From NCBI GenBank assembly GCA_003614675.1, contig ML002229.1, positions 1 to 64,000 of the forward strand: a stretch of DNA of 64,000 nucleotides. The letters are read 5' to 3'. A program made the position numbers and the translations under genes. Numbering within the stretch: the first letter of the stretch is position 1; every line of letters starts with the position of its first letter. The stretch comes from Dimargaris cristalligena (taxonomy: Eukaryota). Positions 62,486-64,000 of this stretch are shown here, one piece after another. The notes beneath the pieces are model-generated. The model was not told the DNA's origin, did no database searches, and saw only the letters and a list, made by a program, of their open reading frames with translations.

Positions 62486-63859
62486 ATGTCGCGCCCCGAA
62501 CACATCGCCCCGCCCGAGCTTGTAAGTCAGGCCCTTCGAATGGGCAAACTCTATCGGCTATAGCTTAAGCTCTGGTCCCTCCTGCGTTATAAAACCCCCT
62601 CAGTGCCAACCCCAACTTACCTTCGCTTATATTTACGTACAATTCCACACTCCCCCCGTTTAGTTCTACAATGAAACCGAGGCCCAGAAATACACCAGCA
62701 AGTAAGTTTGCCTTTGAATCAATATCGCTGATAGAACCATTCATACCCGTCGATCAATATCAAGTTCAAATGGGTAATATACGGCATGGCCATTTCCAGC
62801 CTCATCCCGTTTATGTTCTTGGAAAAACCGCAATCCTCTTCGATTGGTTTTACCAACTAATATGCACCTCTATATTCCCGATCGCCACTATCTATACCAA
62901 TAGTTCCCGCATTGCCTCCGTCCAAGCCGAAATGGCCTTCCGGGCCATCGAATTGCTGTGCCTCCCCGAAGACAAAAGCTGTCTACTTCTCGATATTGGA
63001 TGCGGTTCGGGTTTGAGCGGTGAGGTGCTGGAGGAGGAAGGTCACACCTGGGTCGGCCTGGATATTTCCCCATCGATGTTGGAAATCGCCCGCGACCGTG
63101 AGGTTGAAGGTGATTTGATGCTGCAGGACGTTGGCCAAGGCCTCGGATTCCGCCCCGGTACTTTCGAGGGTGCTATTAGGTAAATATCTTTAAAATATCC
63201 TCCCTCCCTCATATACTCTATTTTTTTTTCTTGGTGATATAGCCCAGAGGCAATATTGTCGATTTTACTATGTAAAAAAACCCCCCCTATAGCAAACTAA
63301 CCCCGTATTCCCACGCAATTCATTAATTTCGTCCACCTTGCCCTAACGATCGACCCTCAGTATCTCCGTACTACAGTGGCTCTGCAACGCCGATAGCAAA
63401 ACCAATATTCCCAAAGCCCGGCTCATGCGGTTTTTCACCACCCTATACAGTTGCCTGGTCAATGGGTCCCGGGCCGTTTTCCAATTCTACCCCGAAAACG
63501 ACGACCAGTTGGATCTCATCATGGGCTGTGCGACGCGGTGCGGGTTTACGGGTGGTCTAGTCATTGACTACCCCAACAGTAAGAAGGCCAAGAAGTTCTA
63601 CCTCTGTTTATTCGCCGGCCAAGGCCAGGGTGCTAAACCCCAGCTGCCCCAGGGCCTGGGCACGGATGAGACGGCTGACCCCCAAGGAGCCCAGTTCTCC
63701 CAAACCCGGAATCGTACGCGAGGCCCCAAGGGCGGACCCCGCGTGTCAGTCAAGGACAAGCACTGGATCATGCGTAAAAAGGATGCCGCCCGGACCCGGG
63801 GTGAAACCGTGGCTAATGATTCTAAATATACCGGCCGCAAACGTCGCGTAAAATTTTAA
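62486..63859 (+). CDS. BUD23: 18S rRNA m7G methyltransferase, 4 exons: 62486-62521, 62664-62701, 62904-63179, 63361-63859
   Basis: [77 protein letters not shown]. Confidence 0.96.
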
Positions 63860-64000
63860 ACGGTCTCTTGCTATATTTGGAGGGAGAATCGGCTGGATTT
63901 TTTTGGGCCTTTTTTTTATTTTATTATTATCGTATTTTTGGTAGGGGAACGAGTAGCCTCCTGTTCAACTCGGTTGACGCATTGAAATTATAAACCCCAT

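Noticed and set aside
1..64000. In-frame UGA selenoprotein or readthrough candidates, CRISPR arrays, autonomous transposons, secondary-metabolite cluster
   Set aside because: The genes that could be reconstructed splice without internal stops. No spaced repeat arrays, transposase/RT motifs or PKS/NRPS domains were seen. Neighbouring enzymes are unrelated housekeeping genes.

Overview
Gene-dense eukaryotic DNA from a fungus. Introns are mostly 150-370 nt, GT-AG, with CTAAC-type branch points, and (TA)n/(GA)n microsatellites are common. Gene content and style suggest an early-diverging fungus, possibly Zoopagomycota (e.g. a Dimargaris-like mycoparasite); that is an inference, not an identification. 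About 22 protein-coding genes can be reconstructed by hand. The recognisable ones are VTS1/Smaug, a CHORD-CS co-chaperone, EMC2, a class-3 lipase, GCV3, ALG2, an NmrA-like protein, an SDR, an adaptin mu subunit, a bestrophin/UPF0187 channel, CWC25, an AIG1/FAR-17a protein, an AUH-like enoyl-CoA hydratase, ATP20, RFA1, BNA5, BET4, SKI8/WDR61 and BUD23. There are also several orphan or secreted proteins. Most notable: (1) a dispersed 144-bp element with terminal inverted repeats (MITE-like), present in 3 full copies and 1 partial copy, two of which form a 323-bp inverted pair; (2) a secreted protein with an F-box-like motif right after its signal peptide, a candidate host-targeting effector; (3) a secreted lipase with a ~490-aa low-complexity pro-region ending in REKR; (4) an AP-4-like mu adaptin; (5) an apparent ~1.7-kb spliced non-coding leader upstream of the NmrA-like gene. 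Exon boundaries were read by eye and may be off by a few nucleotides.
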